Shown in pieces: positions 24,201 through 39,200 of a DNA stretch of 64,000 nucleotides. Location of the stretch: positions 76,198,001 to 76,262,000 of the forward strand of contig OZ320316.1 in the NCBI GenBank assembly GCA_976226885.1, given 5' to 3'. This stretch comes from Iphione sp. A-MEVVRFRX5 (taxonomy: Eukaryota). Position 1 is the first letter of the stretch; each line of letters starts with the position of its first letter. The notes beneath the pieces were generated by a model. It was not told where the DNA came from, ran no database searches, and was given only the letters and a program-made list of their open reading frames with translations. Both the position numbers and the translations under genes were made by a program.

Positions 24201-27200
24201 TGAACATTAAACTTGGTCAGTCACAATAACGGCGGCTATATCTTATATACCGTAACTTCGCCGGCCTCCAGCAGATGGGTAGGGATGTCTTTGTACTTGA
24301 GGTGCTGCAAGTAAGGTGAAAAAAACATCTATATAAGTCAACATCTAAAGGCAGACTCAATGGAAAAAAGATTCCAATCAAGGTGAACACTAGACCACAA
24401 GGCGTAAATACATCTGTTAATTGTGGCTTACATTGAATATATCTAATTTGTACATGCTAATTCTTGGCATCCTGTGGTTAGTAAATATATTCTACATTCT
24501 CTACAATTATTGTAAGCAAATTCCGTAAGCTACATGCTCATTTTCTCATTCGTCAAAGATCTACTAATATTTACATATGAAGCCTTTTTTTATCGAAACA
24601 TATGCTATGAGGTATTTCTTAATTAACATTCTAAGACTTGAATCTGCACTTTATTAGACAAATTGTATCGTTGACTTTGTTAGGGATAATCGTGCACTAC
24701 ACTTCTGAACAAAATATCCATGCATACATGTATGGTAAAATCGGTCACAAACTAATACAACATTTACCGATGAGGTAATACTACATTATGACTATATTAG
24801 GAGGCATATCGAGGTTTCTATACAGGCATTGACTGCTAATACTAGGCTGGCAAGCTACGCAATATGCACACAATGTTTATGGACATGTTGGAGCATGTCT
24901 TCACCAAAAATGTATACCTCTCACGTGAGTTAGACCTGTACAGTACACTAATTCTGTTTTCGTGATTGTTAATTTTCCCATTAGAATGAATTTTGCTGTA
25001 TCAACAGAGACAGATGCTGAAAGAAAGATTCCAAAATGAAAAATGTAACCACATGGCGTTTGCAGCCTATATATCTTGTATTTATCACAAAATCAGCAAC
25101 TACTGTATGAAGTAACGTTACAATGATATACATGTATCTTTAATTTAAGTCTGAATTTGTTGAAAGTGTTAACGGTAGAGTGATGAGTATTGATAAACAG
25201 TGTCTCATTCCTGTCAAATAGTGGGATGTTGCTTTTTATAGTGACTGAACTTTCCTCTGGAACTGTTTAGTATCCACATGCGGTTTTTATAAAATGCACT
25301 TTTCATGCTAGTCTGAAACAGCTCCCGGGCCTTGGTATCGAACATGTTATGTACATGAACACACATGGAATGCTGTTGTTAAAGTGCTGACATTGGTACA
25401 TTGGCTAAGGTCTAGGTGGCAGCACTTGAAGAATGAAAACCCAATAGTAGGCAGGTCATCATGCAATTGGTGGCGCTTTGGCTCGCATGCACAGCAACCA
25501 ATAAAACCTACAAAAGAGAATGGGATCCAACGAACTGCCACTCGCTCAGGGCCTAGCCGTGTGGCTCGTTGGAAACAGTTGGCTCGGCCGGAACTCAGAA
25601 CTCGCACCGATGGGAATGTGAAGGCTACAAGCAGGCTTGCAAACATTAGAAGTGTTCAAACTACATGTATAAAATATGGTGTAAAACTTTGGGTTGCTAT
25701 AAAATGTGAAGGAGGATTCTCTGAAGAAAATTAAAAAATACACAGGTCTGGTGTAGCTATTGGTTGGAAACTTGGACTTAAAAAGGTCTATGTCGGCCGC
25801 TGAGGGCGAATCATGCAGTGCGACTAATTGTAAAATACAGAAAGTGGTATATATATAATGTGGCGATATGCGGCAAAAGTATGGTCATGGAGGTGCATAT
25901 ATATATATTCCGTATCATCAAAAACCACGAAATCCATGCAAAAATTAACTCTTTTTTGAGACCTCTCAATTAATGTTTTAACGTTCTAAGTAATTTCTGT
26001 CATTTCCTCTCTTACAGCACGCTTGTTCGGAACAGCATTGAACATAAACTCTCCTGTTGTTATAGCAACAAGGCTGCGGATACTGAGTGTCCCCCTAAGC
26101 CAACGGCTTCCAGCGCTAGGTACAGTTAGTTTTTAACATATATTGAGATCATTCCGGTACAACGATTATAGCAACGCTGTTGTAATTGTACATAAATAAC
26201 GAAAAAACTGGAAAGCAAAGGGGACTTTTTTTACTTCGGGTCGGGGTCCGCCTTTTCTCTTTAGATATTCCATGAGAGCTTCGTACTTCTTAGGCTGAAA
26301 ACACAAGCCCAGCTGAAATTAGGACCATGCTATGTTTCATACTTTAGACCCCAAATAAAACACTTAAAATAAGAGTAATTTAGTTTTAAATCCCATCCTG
26401 TAATCCGTATGTACTTCTTGAAACACCTCGGGTAAACACATCCGTGGAAAGCTACATATGCAAGATGTGTGCAAGTGAGTTCTTAAAGGCAGGAAAGGTA
26501 AGTGATGCACTGAATAGAGGATGACTAGACGCAAGTGATTCACAGATGATAAAAAAAATGATAAATTCATGGCCGTAACCCATCTTGTTGGATGAACTGT
26601 GATCAACCATGTGCCCTAGACCTATTCAAAATGAACATAACATTGCAAATTTCACTTTATTCGAACCTCGTTGAAATTTACCATCAACGCTAGCCAATAA
26701 TGCAAATTTGCTGCAATGATTCACTGTTGAACGAAGGTAAGGATTCATATAGGCGATAGGTTTAGCAGCTTTGAGGTTTTTGTTGGTGTCCAAGGCCGAT
26801 GAAAAAAAACGTTTAAATAACAGTCCTACCAAGGGATTGAATTTAGGTTGAAAAACCCAGCGATAAGGAAAGGAATGTCCGAGAGGTCTCGTGGCTGCAT
26901 TAGATCGATTTAAACCAACTTAAAATTTAAACAGAAGGAAAAGAAATCCTTTAAGCAAATAACTATGTTTGTACAGAGAAACCGATAAGCAGTACATAAC
27001 ATTTCTACGTATTGTAAAACAGCAAAAAGCTAACATTTCCTCTTGTGCAGCATGGCAACATACGTAAGCGCGAGCCAACTGCTACCAACATGAAACGAAT
27101 ATTGGCAAATAATAAATGGTTGATATATAACACGAAGGTCATGTAAGACGTATCAAAGGTATGGCACAAGACTAAGGACTTGGAAGAAAGTAAGACGAAA

Positions 27201-30200
27201 AAGGTGAAGTTGACGGAAGAGTTACTTCAGCACGGGGCGCATATTTCCGCGCCAGGTAGAGAAGGAAGTCATCCATGAGATCGTCAAACTTCCGTGGCTG
27301 AAAGGGAAAGCTCACCAGTTAAGAAGGGTTATCAGCGGCTGGGACGTGGCAGCAGGCAGAGCTGAAGCTAACCGAACCCGAGGTGGAGGAGAAGAAACAG
27401 CCTTTTCTATGGCTTTAGGACAGCAAGGTTGGGCGAACTGCACGGAAAACGTTGTAGAGGGCAAGCCAGACAACAAATTCGAGAAAAAATTGCCTACGCC
27501 GGCTAGAATAATTTCATAGCAACACACATTCATAAAAAATTGCCAACGGACGAAAAGAATCTCTCGATCTCCTTTCAAACAAAACAAAGTAACCAGTTCA
27601 AATTATGGTACAAAACCAAGGGAGTTATTTAAAAAGGCGTTTAGGCCAATTAGCAAAAGTATGTTTCTTTCACGTCTCTACCATGTGCTGATCAAACGAA
27701 AATTGAGCTTCTAGAGTTCAAATATGAGATGAAAAACTGAATTATTTAGTGTAATACATGAACTTTCGTGGACATGGAAAGTGAAACAAGAACTGTTCAT
27801 AATCTCCGAATGAACTGGAAAGTGATACAGAAGCAGAACTACGCAGAATTGTAAACAAAAACACTTATATTGTGACACTGTATAGAAAAAAGTTATCCTT
27901 TTTGGGTTAAAGGGGCAAACGAAATGAAAGATTTACCCATTAAAGAGATAAGTGTGTCGCTGTGTATATATAGAGTATGAAAGTGGGGAAGAAAGGTTCA
28001 AGTAGCGGGCCTGAGTGAATTGTAATACTGTCGTTTTAGTCATATTAACATCATTAGTGAATGTGAATGGGGGGGGGGGTATCTTGAGACTGTAGTATGA
28101 GGCTGATGTTTAAGATAATTGATTATATATTTGGTCAACATATTCATGAAGCATGGAAAAGGCGACAAACTTGTGTCTTGTTTTCACACGCACGCGCTTG
28201 CAGACAGACCTGTAACATAACGGTTTTCCTTAGAGGGGACAGGGAAGTTTCGTGTACTTATCCCACGTCGTGTATATACATATATATATATATACATGTA
28301 TATATATAAAATGAGTCACATCGCTAAATGAATTGCAGATATGCACACATGCTGTGATCCCAAAGCAGGATATTTCTGACCTACATGCACCTTACATGCA
28401 GGCGCCGCCACCTTTTCCATATACTACTCTACTAGAATCCAGACACAACTTCTGAGTTTTCAGTGCTGGACAAGCATGGTTCTATGGGCAGTGCCCTGAG
28501 TCTCCGTATTTGCGCCAGTAGAACTGTGTGAATATTTTGCTCTACGAGGTCATGGAAGAGACCGAGAGATGCCCCTAGTAGTTGGTCGAGTAAATGACGT
28601 GCTTTGAAGATGTCAAATAATTTTGTTATGGTTAACAGGAATAAATGGAATGAATGAACGTGTGAATTTATCATAAAGAGATCCGGTTACAATTGGATAT
28701 ATTGCTAGACATCGAAAACTACTTGGCTTCTTCCTACAGCAGGATGAATTAAACTTTCACCACACCAGTTTTCCTTCGGTCAGTTTACAGAAGGAATGCA
28801 GCTCGTCATGGTGAAAAGTGTATCCGCAGTTCTAGCTGCTGCGTCCAACTTATTCTAGGGATATCTCTGATCCGTTCCAAGTTTTGCATTCATTGAGAAA
28901 ACGCCCCAGTTTGAATATTCAGGCTATTGTGTCAGCAGTGAAAGACCGAAAGGAATAGACAATTAAATATCAGTTGGAGTCCATATTGCCCTTCTTCCAA
29001 ACGGTAATAATATGTAGCACATTAAGAGAACTTCTTTGTAGGGTATATCAGAATTCTGGTTCGCTTAAACGTGTCCCCTTTAACCTTTCTGATCATCTCA
29101 TATAACTGTTATCCTTAGTACTACTTCACAAATTTCAAATATGAAGCTATCGCCAAAGTTATAAAACAGTAATGCTTAAAGAGGAAAACGTTCCCAGTTA
29201 GTTAGTTTCGACTAAAAAAGTTCTTTTAGTGTGTTCATTAATAATGTCGTTCAAAGGAAAATGAAATTGGGAACTCGGAATGTATCGGAAAGAGAACTTG
29301 GCGCAGGATAGTTGAGTATGTTATACACTGTTCTCTCACCCGTGAACCGTAGGTTTTGAGTAAATGTGCGTCAGTCATCTGAAAAGTAATCCTTCATGTT
29401 AATATGGCAATAAAACTGCTAGATGTAGCATGTTTTTAGTCAGACGAAAGCAGCTCTTTGAAGGTCTTCTAGTCCGGAATATTCTACTGAACAGATGTGG
29501 ATGAGATTTTTGGGGACGATGTGTAAGTCTTACTAGTGTAGCTTTTTTAAGCAAGTGTTAAAATTATATGTGTTACAGTTCACAGTGATACCATGAGCTC
29601 CTGTGAGGGGAGAAGGGGATCCTGCTGTTTGTTTTAAAGTGCAAATAAGACTTGCATCTGGTAGGCTCCTTGAACAAACCTGCTCAAAGGGTTGCATCCA
29701 GCACGAATTGTACTATTATTAGGAAGAAAATATTTGTCCTCTGCAAGAAATCCGAAAAAAAGCCATAACCGTACCTCTCGATTTCCCGTAATTGACATAA
29801 TTCATTTTGAAACCGTGACAAAAAAAGAGAGGGGTTACGCATTTATTGTCATACATTGGAACACAGGAATAATTGCCCGAGTTAATGAGACACAGGTAAC
29901 CATGTCAAATTCGTATTTTGATGTTAGTTCCCTTTGCTCTAAAACTGCGTCCTTGTTTGTTTTAAAGTGCTTATATTCTTAACACTGCAAAATGCACAGT
30001 AAACTGGAGGAAAGATGAGCGGTTCAAGCCATCTTTTTTGGCCATTCCCATGCAAAATCCACGCACATTACAACTCTTTGAACCAAATGGATACAGAACT
30101 CACATATTTCTGAACAACAGGATCAGCAAGACTTGGGTTTTTTCGTTAGCTTAATTAGAGGTCTTCAACACGGTGTCTATCCTGGCACAGATGGTATTAT

Positions 30201-33200
30201 ACTAATTACTGTAGATGTTTACTTAATGTTCACTGGTATGCATTTATTTCGAATCTCCAAACAGAAAAGTGACTGGCTTACCTAACCACATTTTAACAAC
30301 TGCAGACTACATGTAGTATGAAGTGAGCCGATCTGGCCTCACTGACTGCTGGGCCAGCCTAGAGACCAGCTGTCCGCTATTTGAGCGCGTTGGTCGATAC
30401 AGAATGACGGGTGGCAAAGGAAACGGGCAGGAGATGGAAGGAGGGAAGTTAGGAGTAGGGGCATGGAGGGTAGGTGTCCAGGACTAACGCAGAGGCTCAC
30501 CTTACGAATGCGGAAGACTCTTGACACTATGCTCTTCTCCTCTTGTTCCGACTCAAGTTCAATGGTGAGGGGTCCGTATGGAATCTCCTTTCCTGGCGTG
30601 CTGGGCCAGAACCTCGGATAACTCTGACATGAATGAAACAAAGCATCGATGGGTATTATAATCTAGTAAAGGTGGGTATTACTCGGTGAGCAAAACGAGG
30701 CAAAGTATGTGTAGATCAATCGTGATGTGAAAAAAATGATGGGAAAATAAATTAGATGGATATCATTCCTCCAGCGAAAAAAACACCTTCCGAACTATAT
30801 CTTTAATTTATTACTTTCACCTGAAGTACATTACTTAAATTGTTTACCTTCATATCGTCATTATGTTTAATCAACTATTGAATAGAGTCAGTTTAATTAT
30901 TTTGAGGATCAGTTAAAGCACTATCCCATATGTCAGATATTTTAGCTAAATAAAAGTCTTATTCTATTATATTTTATTCTATACGTGCAGCAAAATCACT
31001 GTACACCAAGACGTTAGTTACACGTTAGTCATGGTCATATTCTTTATAACTACTTTTCGGTATATACGAGGGACACCTACACTTGTTTTAGTTTTATTAT
31101 TTGTGCCGATGAATACATTTGATAGTCCCTTCTAAAACAGTGGCTCAGCCTTTTATGTTTCCGTAGAACTTACCCTAGAGTGTGGCATATCATTGAGTAG
31201 CACCATTGTTGGAATGTTGTAATCGTACACAAGTCTCCAGATGTCGTTGATCGTACCTTTCAACGGCCACTGGGTCACAATGTAGGCATTTGTATGACGG
31301 TAACCCTATATGGAGCATGACACAGAGTACTTTTTAGACTTTGAGTAATATATTTATGTCCTTGCAATTGATGGGGCAAATACATTACAAATAGGTATGT
31401 TCTAAGTATTACTTCTGTTCCATCTTCAGCTAGTGCTATGGTCCAGAATAGTGTCATGGCTAGAATATAACGTTGTGATCATACTTGGAAACTGAGAGCA
31501 GGTCTGTCGAAATGCAGGTAGGCAACAGGGCCTGGCACTGTGCATGAACATGTTATTACAGTAGCTGGATCTATGTTAGTGCATGTAGAACTGGTTCTGT
31601 AGATGCTTTTCTCACACATCCAACTGATATAAAAAGAAGATACGTCGAGGCAACTGACAGATTTAAAAGGAAGAGCGGCTGTGGTAGCCATGACAGTAGT
31701 ATATGACATTGAAATTATATGCACACAATTTCTCAGCCTCCGATTAGAGGTTTCCAAACCAGTCACATCACACAGAACGGGTGGAAAGTTGTGCACATAT
31801 TGAATTCAGCGTAGAGCTTGGAATGTCATCACTGCACCATTTTTAAATGTATCTTACAGCATGACATCTGGAAAGATGGCTAAAGAATAGCAACGCCGTT
31901 GAAACACAGCTTCTAGGAAACGTCGATATGAGTTAAAAGACGATGTAGCCTTTTCCCGACGGCAGACATTTGCTTCAGGCACAAGTCGAGAAGTTTTTAT
32001 CGTGCGACTGACATTTATGTTTTGCTCTTGCAAACATTAAAAGAAACCCTTTCGTCACAAAGCCGTGGCCTGCGTTCCCAAGGGAGAAATTATGCATATT
32101 GTGTTCCATATTTCAAGGTCATCCTGATAAAAATAACGTTATATATGTAAGGCTGAAACAAAAAATACCTGTGTTTCCGGTAACCCGACCGACCCTACAT
32201 GAGAGCCAATTGCAACTTTTTATTTTTTTTATTGTTTTCTGAATAACTTCAGGATGAATAATGATAGAGACATGTTCTATACACCAAATTACCTTAGGTT
32301 ATCAGCTTTCATTTGACATAAGTTTTATTAAAATCTAAGTAGTAGAAGTAATATTGCCATACATAATTCTTCCTCTCATCCTGAATTAACATTGAAAAAA
32401 AAAAATGAAAAAAATATTCCCTACCGACCGACCCTCTCTTTTTTGGGCTTGTTACCGGAAACATAGAACTTTTTTAGGCCTAAGTATACGTTAGCAAAGT
32501 TCGTTCAATGTAGGATCCTTGTGAAACCTCCTGAACCATACGTTTTCAGTAGCTAGACAAGAAAGCATGATTATCAGTAAAGAACATGGTTTAGTACAAT
32601 ATTGGGACAAATGACCATTTTACGGAGCTATCCAAGGCACGACTAGGATTGTAGGTAAAGGTCTGCTGTCAAGAAAAGAAACCACATCGTCCTCAGAGGA
32701 AGAAAAAAACTCAGTTAACTCAATATAAAACATACCTAAGGAAATGGTATCAACAAGCGTACTCTTACACAGAACAATGTTTGTGTCTGGATAGTGAATT
32801 CTTTGTCAAATGCATCATTTAACAAATTGACCAAGTACTGACGCGTTCGGAAATTAAGCTAGATTTGACTCCCACTGCTTTATAAGTGTATTTATACAGT
32901 TTGGCTAGACCTCCTGTCTAGCTAATGGAAAATTTAGAGAACTCACATTATCTTGTTAACGACAACCGTCAGCATGAAGAGATATATATGTGCGTTGTTG
33001 TCTCCATACAGTATCCAGTATACAGAAAGGATGGGCAACGGAGAGGGTCAAAAAGATACGAAGTTGATAAAAAAATGCAACAGTAGATATGTATTCATAA
33101 AGGATATGTTGTACGGTGAACATTTAATACTTACATCAACATAGACAGCATTAATGTAGTCAGTGCTATCGTTACTGTCATGTGTGATGAGATATGGTCT

Positions 33201-36200
33201 TGCTCGCTCGGCTGAAACATCACATATAGTTGTCATTAAGAACGTGAAGGTTTTAACAATACATACCTTCTCAAATTTATCATTTTCAAAGATCCAACAC
33301 AAATAGGGAAAAGTAAAAACACTACGTTATAGGCAATATGAATTTCCCCAAATTACGTACGTATTTTGGGTGGCTCCCTCTGGCAAATACTCCCTGAAAT
33401 TACTCCCCCTGGAATAATGTTTTTGTCCTAGCGTTTAATAGGTGATCGTTAACTATTTCCATTGGAGTCAAGTGTAAAGAACAGAAGCTTTCTTCCAGCA
33501 TTCATTGTAATCATCAGAGTTATAGAGGATATGTCCTAATGGCCTGGTTTCATTTTTATATGTTAAAGGTATATTTATCATCATTACATCCATCTCAAAC
33601 TGAACATGAGAGATTCCTCCTTCTGTGATAAAGTGTGCAATATTAGGCTGAAACATGCTAACAACCCTGCAGTGCGACATTAAGAAGACGTGTTATATAC
33701 TCTTTGAACAGGCTTGTAGGGCAATTTGAAGACGCGGTTTAAGTGTAACACAGAATAGAAATAAAACCAGGAAAAGCAGGAGAAAGGAAGAGAAAGAAAA
33801 TGGATATAACGAGGAATACAAATAGACGCTACTTAAAATTAAAAATAGCATGATAAAACAGTTTCAGATAATGTCAAATAATGATCTATATGCCATTGGC
33901 GTGCACGCACGTGGTTGTAGCATGATATCTCGACTTTTTCGTCGGTTTTCTGCTCGATGACCTCCCGCGCACTCCCCGACTGTGAGTTTGGGGACGACGC
34001 ATTGCAGTGTCTGGTGACGGTTGTGTAAAAAATGAATGAAACATTTGAGCAATTGGGTTTCACAGGGCGACCCCAAAACTATTATCACCAGGAAGAAGAA
34101 AAATTACAAGGTTTTTAAAACATCTGTTCCTGTTTCCCAGATCACACCATGGAGGGAACCCTGTCAGTGTTTTAGAATAATGTAACGGGGGGAGAAAATA
34201 CCGATGCATCAAAAATTCCTCGATCCGATACGGGAGCAAACATCGAGAGCATTGAGAAGTATGGATGACTGTAACCTTATGCTGGAATACTTGGGGAAAA
34301 TATATGTCATCAGATGACCTGTACAGTGAATCTTAAAATGAACCCACCTTGTATTCCCGCTCAAACCCGTTCAACTTCGTTTGAGGGTCTTTGATGGCAA
34401 GTTTCTGCACGACAGCAGGCAATTCCTTGTTAGTGATCACAGTTGTCCCACATTTCAGATACATAGCTACTACATCGTATATAAACTCGTATTGAGCCTG
34501 TGAAGAGAAAAGGAATAAAAGGTTCAGTGAACATTTTAAATAAGGATGACTTCGAGAATAACATCAAGTGTGCAATGCTGTAAAATTTTACATTTTAATT
34601 TCATCTTCACAAGACTGATAGTGATATTGCATGTCTATCTTTAGTGCATGTTCTGAAAAAAAGCCGAGTTCTAATTGCTTTGCATTTAACCCTGCAGGCT
34701 TTCTTGTATGATCAAAAATATCTTCTCGGTATAGCTACATGTGTGAGGATTGCTGAAGACACGGAAATCTTACCAAATTTCTTATCATGTTCATCCTTGA
34801 GTTCCTGAGAAAAAGTGCGTAGTTGAAAATATCTACATTTCGTTCAGTAGACAAACGGTCCAGCATGGCATCTAAGCCTATAAAAGTACCTGTACGACCT
34901 GCCCCAGACCTGTTCATGAAGAAATATAAGCCAATATCGGTTTTCACAGTGAGATATAGAATACTATATAGTCTCACAATAAGACATAGAAAAATATATA
35001 AGAACATGCATACATGGACGGCTGTATACCAAACATTAACTATTCACGACCGAAAACGAGACAGCTCGCTATTTGAAAACAATGTATATGTACAATGTAT
35101 ATGTATCCGGAACAGGTATACATTAACCCCTAGGGGACAACTTTCACACTGCAGGGAATTAAGGTTCAGTTGCTCATTATAGGGATCAATGAATTGCTAT
35201 CTTATCTACTTCTTAATCTGTTTCAGGAGGAACACATTTTTTTGGTAACATATTTCATTGAAATACAAGCCAACGTTGCAATTGGAAACTTACCCCCTTC
35301 CCCATGATGGGCATTTTAGACAGATATAGATGCCTATCTTAATATCTTGACAGTAACTTATATACAATCCTGATTGGACTATTTGTTCCCTTGTCTACAA
35401 ACAATACGCTAGTCTTATGTGTGGTGAAAGCGTAAGGACAGACCCGCAGTGCACTAGCAGCGGTCCCGGCTTGTTACGTGTGTAAGCCCGCACTCTCCGC
35501 CGGTACTCGAGTACAGAGCTGGGGTTTGGACAGTCATGATCACTCCAGTTCGCAAACTGAAACTGTTTGATGAGCCGCTCCTCTGTGTTCCCATCCTATC
35601 AGGATCAAAAGTGGTGCTGTGGTAAGACAGTTCAGCAAGGTACCTCGACCATCCTTCATTGAGCTAACATAAGAGGCCTCCGTTACAGGAAGGGTTACCC
35701 TAATCTATCCTGTCCGAACACTCTCATTTGCATTTAGCCGAAATCATCATATTCGACATTTGTTTGAATCAATCCACGGGAATTCAAATATCTGTTTTAC
35801 ACCATTCTGCTAAAAAGGGCATGAGAGGCGAATAAAAATTGCTCTAGTTCTCATGTTAAACCCTAATTTTGAACGTTACTCAGGAAAAGGGCCACTGGCG
35901 ACCAGTCGGCTTTTAAATTAAGTACACATGTACAATAAAGTGTATTCAAACATAAGACAGAATATCCATTTTTTAATTATCAAACGATACTTTTGAATTG
36001 ATCGCCTCTATTACAAATCAAACATTGCACCAATATTACTTAGTTTTAGCTCCTACATGCTACAGGCTACAAAAATTGTACGTGATTGATGGGAACGTTC
36101 ATAACAGTATACATGTTATACATTGATATAAAATAATTTAACTGGGCAATTAATGTGCTGTGTATCATCCATTTCATCTCACCCCATGAGGTATTCGTTT

Positions 36201-39200
36201 ATCAAACTGTAACTATACTAAACTGGAGAGAAAATGCTATACTTTAGATAATCATCCAGTATTAATTAACATGAAAGATTCTTACCCGTTTAGCCCTGAA
36301 CGTTCGTATGTTGAAATCGGCAACGATGTCTGTGCTGTCTAACCATACCTCAATATTACCGTATCGACCGTGTTGGTTATGCCAGTATTTCTCACATTGT
36401 TGCTTTAAGAATAAAAGATCCAAAAATTTAATTATTCGGAAGATTCATTAGAAAGTGTATTTCTAATTAAAAGTTCGGCAAAGAGATCATGAGGACGAGA
36501 GCGTGAAATTTCCTCCTTTTAGATGTTTAATTTCCTGGATATGCGAAAACCGGTATTAGACCTGAGTTTACGGGAACATGGACCTTTCAGATAAGCATGC
36601 GGAAAAGTATAAAGACTGTGATATAAACACATCTAACATGGCCAGGCCTATGGTGGGAGAACCAAGAGAATGAGCCAGGCAAAGAGAACTCTCCTTTTTA
36701 CACTGGTGATAATTGATGAGAAAATATGAATTGCTGCTACGTGTTAATCCCCTCGTCCGTTACAAGGCCGCCTGGCGGTGAAGTGGGTTTGTATCCCTAG
36801 GGTGTTTCACATTTAGCCGCTTCATTCATTAGACTAGGCGCTGGGGACCTGCATGAAACAATGGCTGTCGCTGCCGGAAGACCTGCCGACAAGTGCTGAA
36901 TACCACGTGGGACTACGACCGGCTTTTGTCAGATCCTACGACGAGGGTGAGCTAAGATCCCTGCTAGCGACTTCCATTAGGTTCCATTCAGCCGCCTGCG
37001 TCCCTGTGCTATTGGCAAAAAGGATGCAGCCTAAGGATACCACGACAGTCACAAACAGGCCGAGCTGGTGGACATGGTGATGGCGATGACTAGGTTCTCT
37101 AGGGAGGGCCATACATTCTACTACACCAGCAGACCATGTATACAGCGAACACGGTTACATGTACAGTATATGCACATGTATATTCAGGTGTAGAGAGCTC
37201 AGAAACTTAGTGGGAATTCGTAGTATTTGTGAACCGGTTGCATATGTGTCGGCGATATCTTCATGGAAGTAGTCTCTCAGATTATGCTGGCTATGTTAAA
37301 GAAGGAAAACTTTCATTTTGACTTGAACTTCTCCAAAGGTAATATAAGATCAGTTTTCACTGTTTTGAAAACAGAACGGAATTTAAACGAGCACACATTT
37401 TGCTGAAAAATAATATTTTATGATACTGGAATGGATGATGCAGGAAAAAAGTGAAAATATTCCTTGAAAGTCTCTTTCAGAAGAAGGGAAGTAACATACC
37501 CTCGCGTGTTCGAATACGTTAGTGGCCATGACGATACAGCGAACATTTTCTTGCCACACCATTCGCCAGAAGTCGTTGATTGTATGACGACTGGGTCCTG
37601 AAAATAGAAGGACGGCCACTGATTTAAGAAAACATTTTGTTTAGCTTTCCCGTTAAGGTTTTCACGCATTACTCTTCAAAAGCATGGAAATGTTTTCCCT
37701 CCGAGTATGAAAATTCCTATATCTTGATTCATGTGGATACAACTATGGTCTACACACGAACCATAACAAAGCTGCATGGCCCGAATACATACATTATATG
37801 TGTACGTGCTGCAATCAATTAAGGGAATCTTTGTAATATGGCCCACTGACTAATTAATCGTTTGGCCAACTCGTTCCTCAACAAACTAATATTGCCAGTG
37901 GGAGAAAAGGACACGTATAAACAGGCTGGTGGAGGAGAGACACTACCGGTAGATACATTTGACGACAGAAGGAGAGAGAAAGAAACAGAGGCAAACCAAC
38001 GGGAAGAGAGACAAATAGTAGAAGCGTCACAGAGAAAGTGAACGTGAAAGACAGAGAGCTTGGGGAAGCTCTTCAGTTTCCACACTTCGATGATGCCCAT
38101 GATACTGCGAGTTGGTTAGTAGCTAAGAGCATGCGGTGTAGATGCGGTGTAGATAGATACTTTTGCAGAACCTTTAATTTTTTCTTGTCATTTTAAAGGG
38201 AAAATAATCAATTTGACATGGGCTTGGGTCAGCTGCAGTCTTATTTTTGCCGTCCCCTAGTCTAGGTAACTAAGAAACATGCAGAGAGTAAGGCTGTAGA
38301 TCTAAACAGAAGGCACCTATTCCCTAGGTTAGGGAATAGCTAAAATAGCTAAAATGTTAGGGAATAGGTGAGTGTAAATGTTATCTTTGAAATAGCATTT
38401 AAACAATGGCTTCACTTTAGTCTATACAAAGAAGATACGTGTATTTTGCTGAACGATGACATTATTTGATTTACTGAAACGTTAGTTTATTAATATTTCT
38501 CTCTCATGGCGTCAATATATGTGCAAATGTATACTGAGAAAATATATTTTCAAATCATACAGTGAATCCTTTGGACATAAATGCAGCCATTTCATGATCT
38601 ACGATTATACGTAAAACTGATTACTACTGTAATGGTTTGTCAGCCAGTGCTACAGGATTTGCTTCGTCTGCATACAAGTTCCCCTCTCGGAGAAGCTGGA
38701 TGCTAACATCCTTTACCAACCATATAACTTTGAACAAATGTAAAGTATATAATACACACAGAAAAAAAATAAAAAATAAATCACGGGATAGCAAAACAGC
38801 GATTTCTAAGAGCTGGCTGCAAAGATCCATCAAAATCATACGGTGCGTCTGGCTCTGTGAAAAACGCGTAGCTTCCTCTAATGTTCTGGTTATCAGAGGC
38901 GTCGGGACGAAGGATTTTAGGACGGGTAGATCTATGATGCATCCCCCTTCGGATAAAGGAAAGGGAAACAGACTGCCACTTGGTCCCTTGCCATTGATGC
39001 CACTGATGGCGCTTGGCAGAGCCTCGTCTCACGGCGTCTTCGTTTCTATACGTAAACCTCAAGACATTTTCACGCTTTTTATTGTCCCATCTTTAGCGTT
39101 TTGCTGGAGTGTTTTTTTGTGGTGGAATTTTTTGTTCTCTGTTACTAAAATAGGACGTCGAGAATCAGCTAGTCCTTTTCCATTCTCTCAGTGCTATAAT

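Noticed and set aside
25400-25680. Possible LINE 3' remnant on + (…LQTLEVFKLHV)
   Set aside because: Only a faint resemblance to RT C-terminal motifs; no ordered diagnostic motifs.
27316-27511. Minus-strand ORF segment with splice-like flanks (AGVGNFFSNLL...LITLLNW)
   Set aside because: Phase 1-to-2 does not fit the phase-0 host intron, and its donor is only 18 nt from the next acceptor.
28432-28674. 80-aa minus-strand ORF (…LLAQIRRLRALP…)
   Set aside because: No usable splice sites and no convincing match to LINE or PTP motifs.
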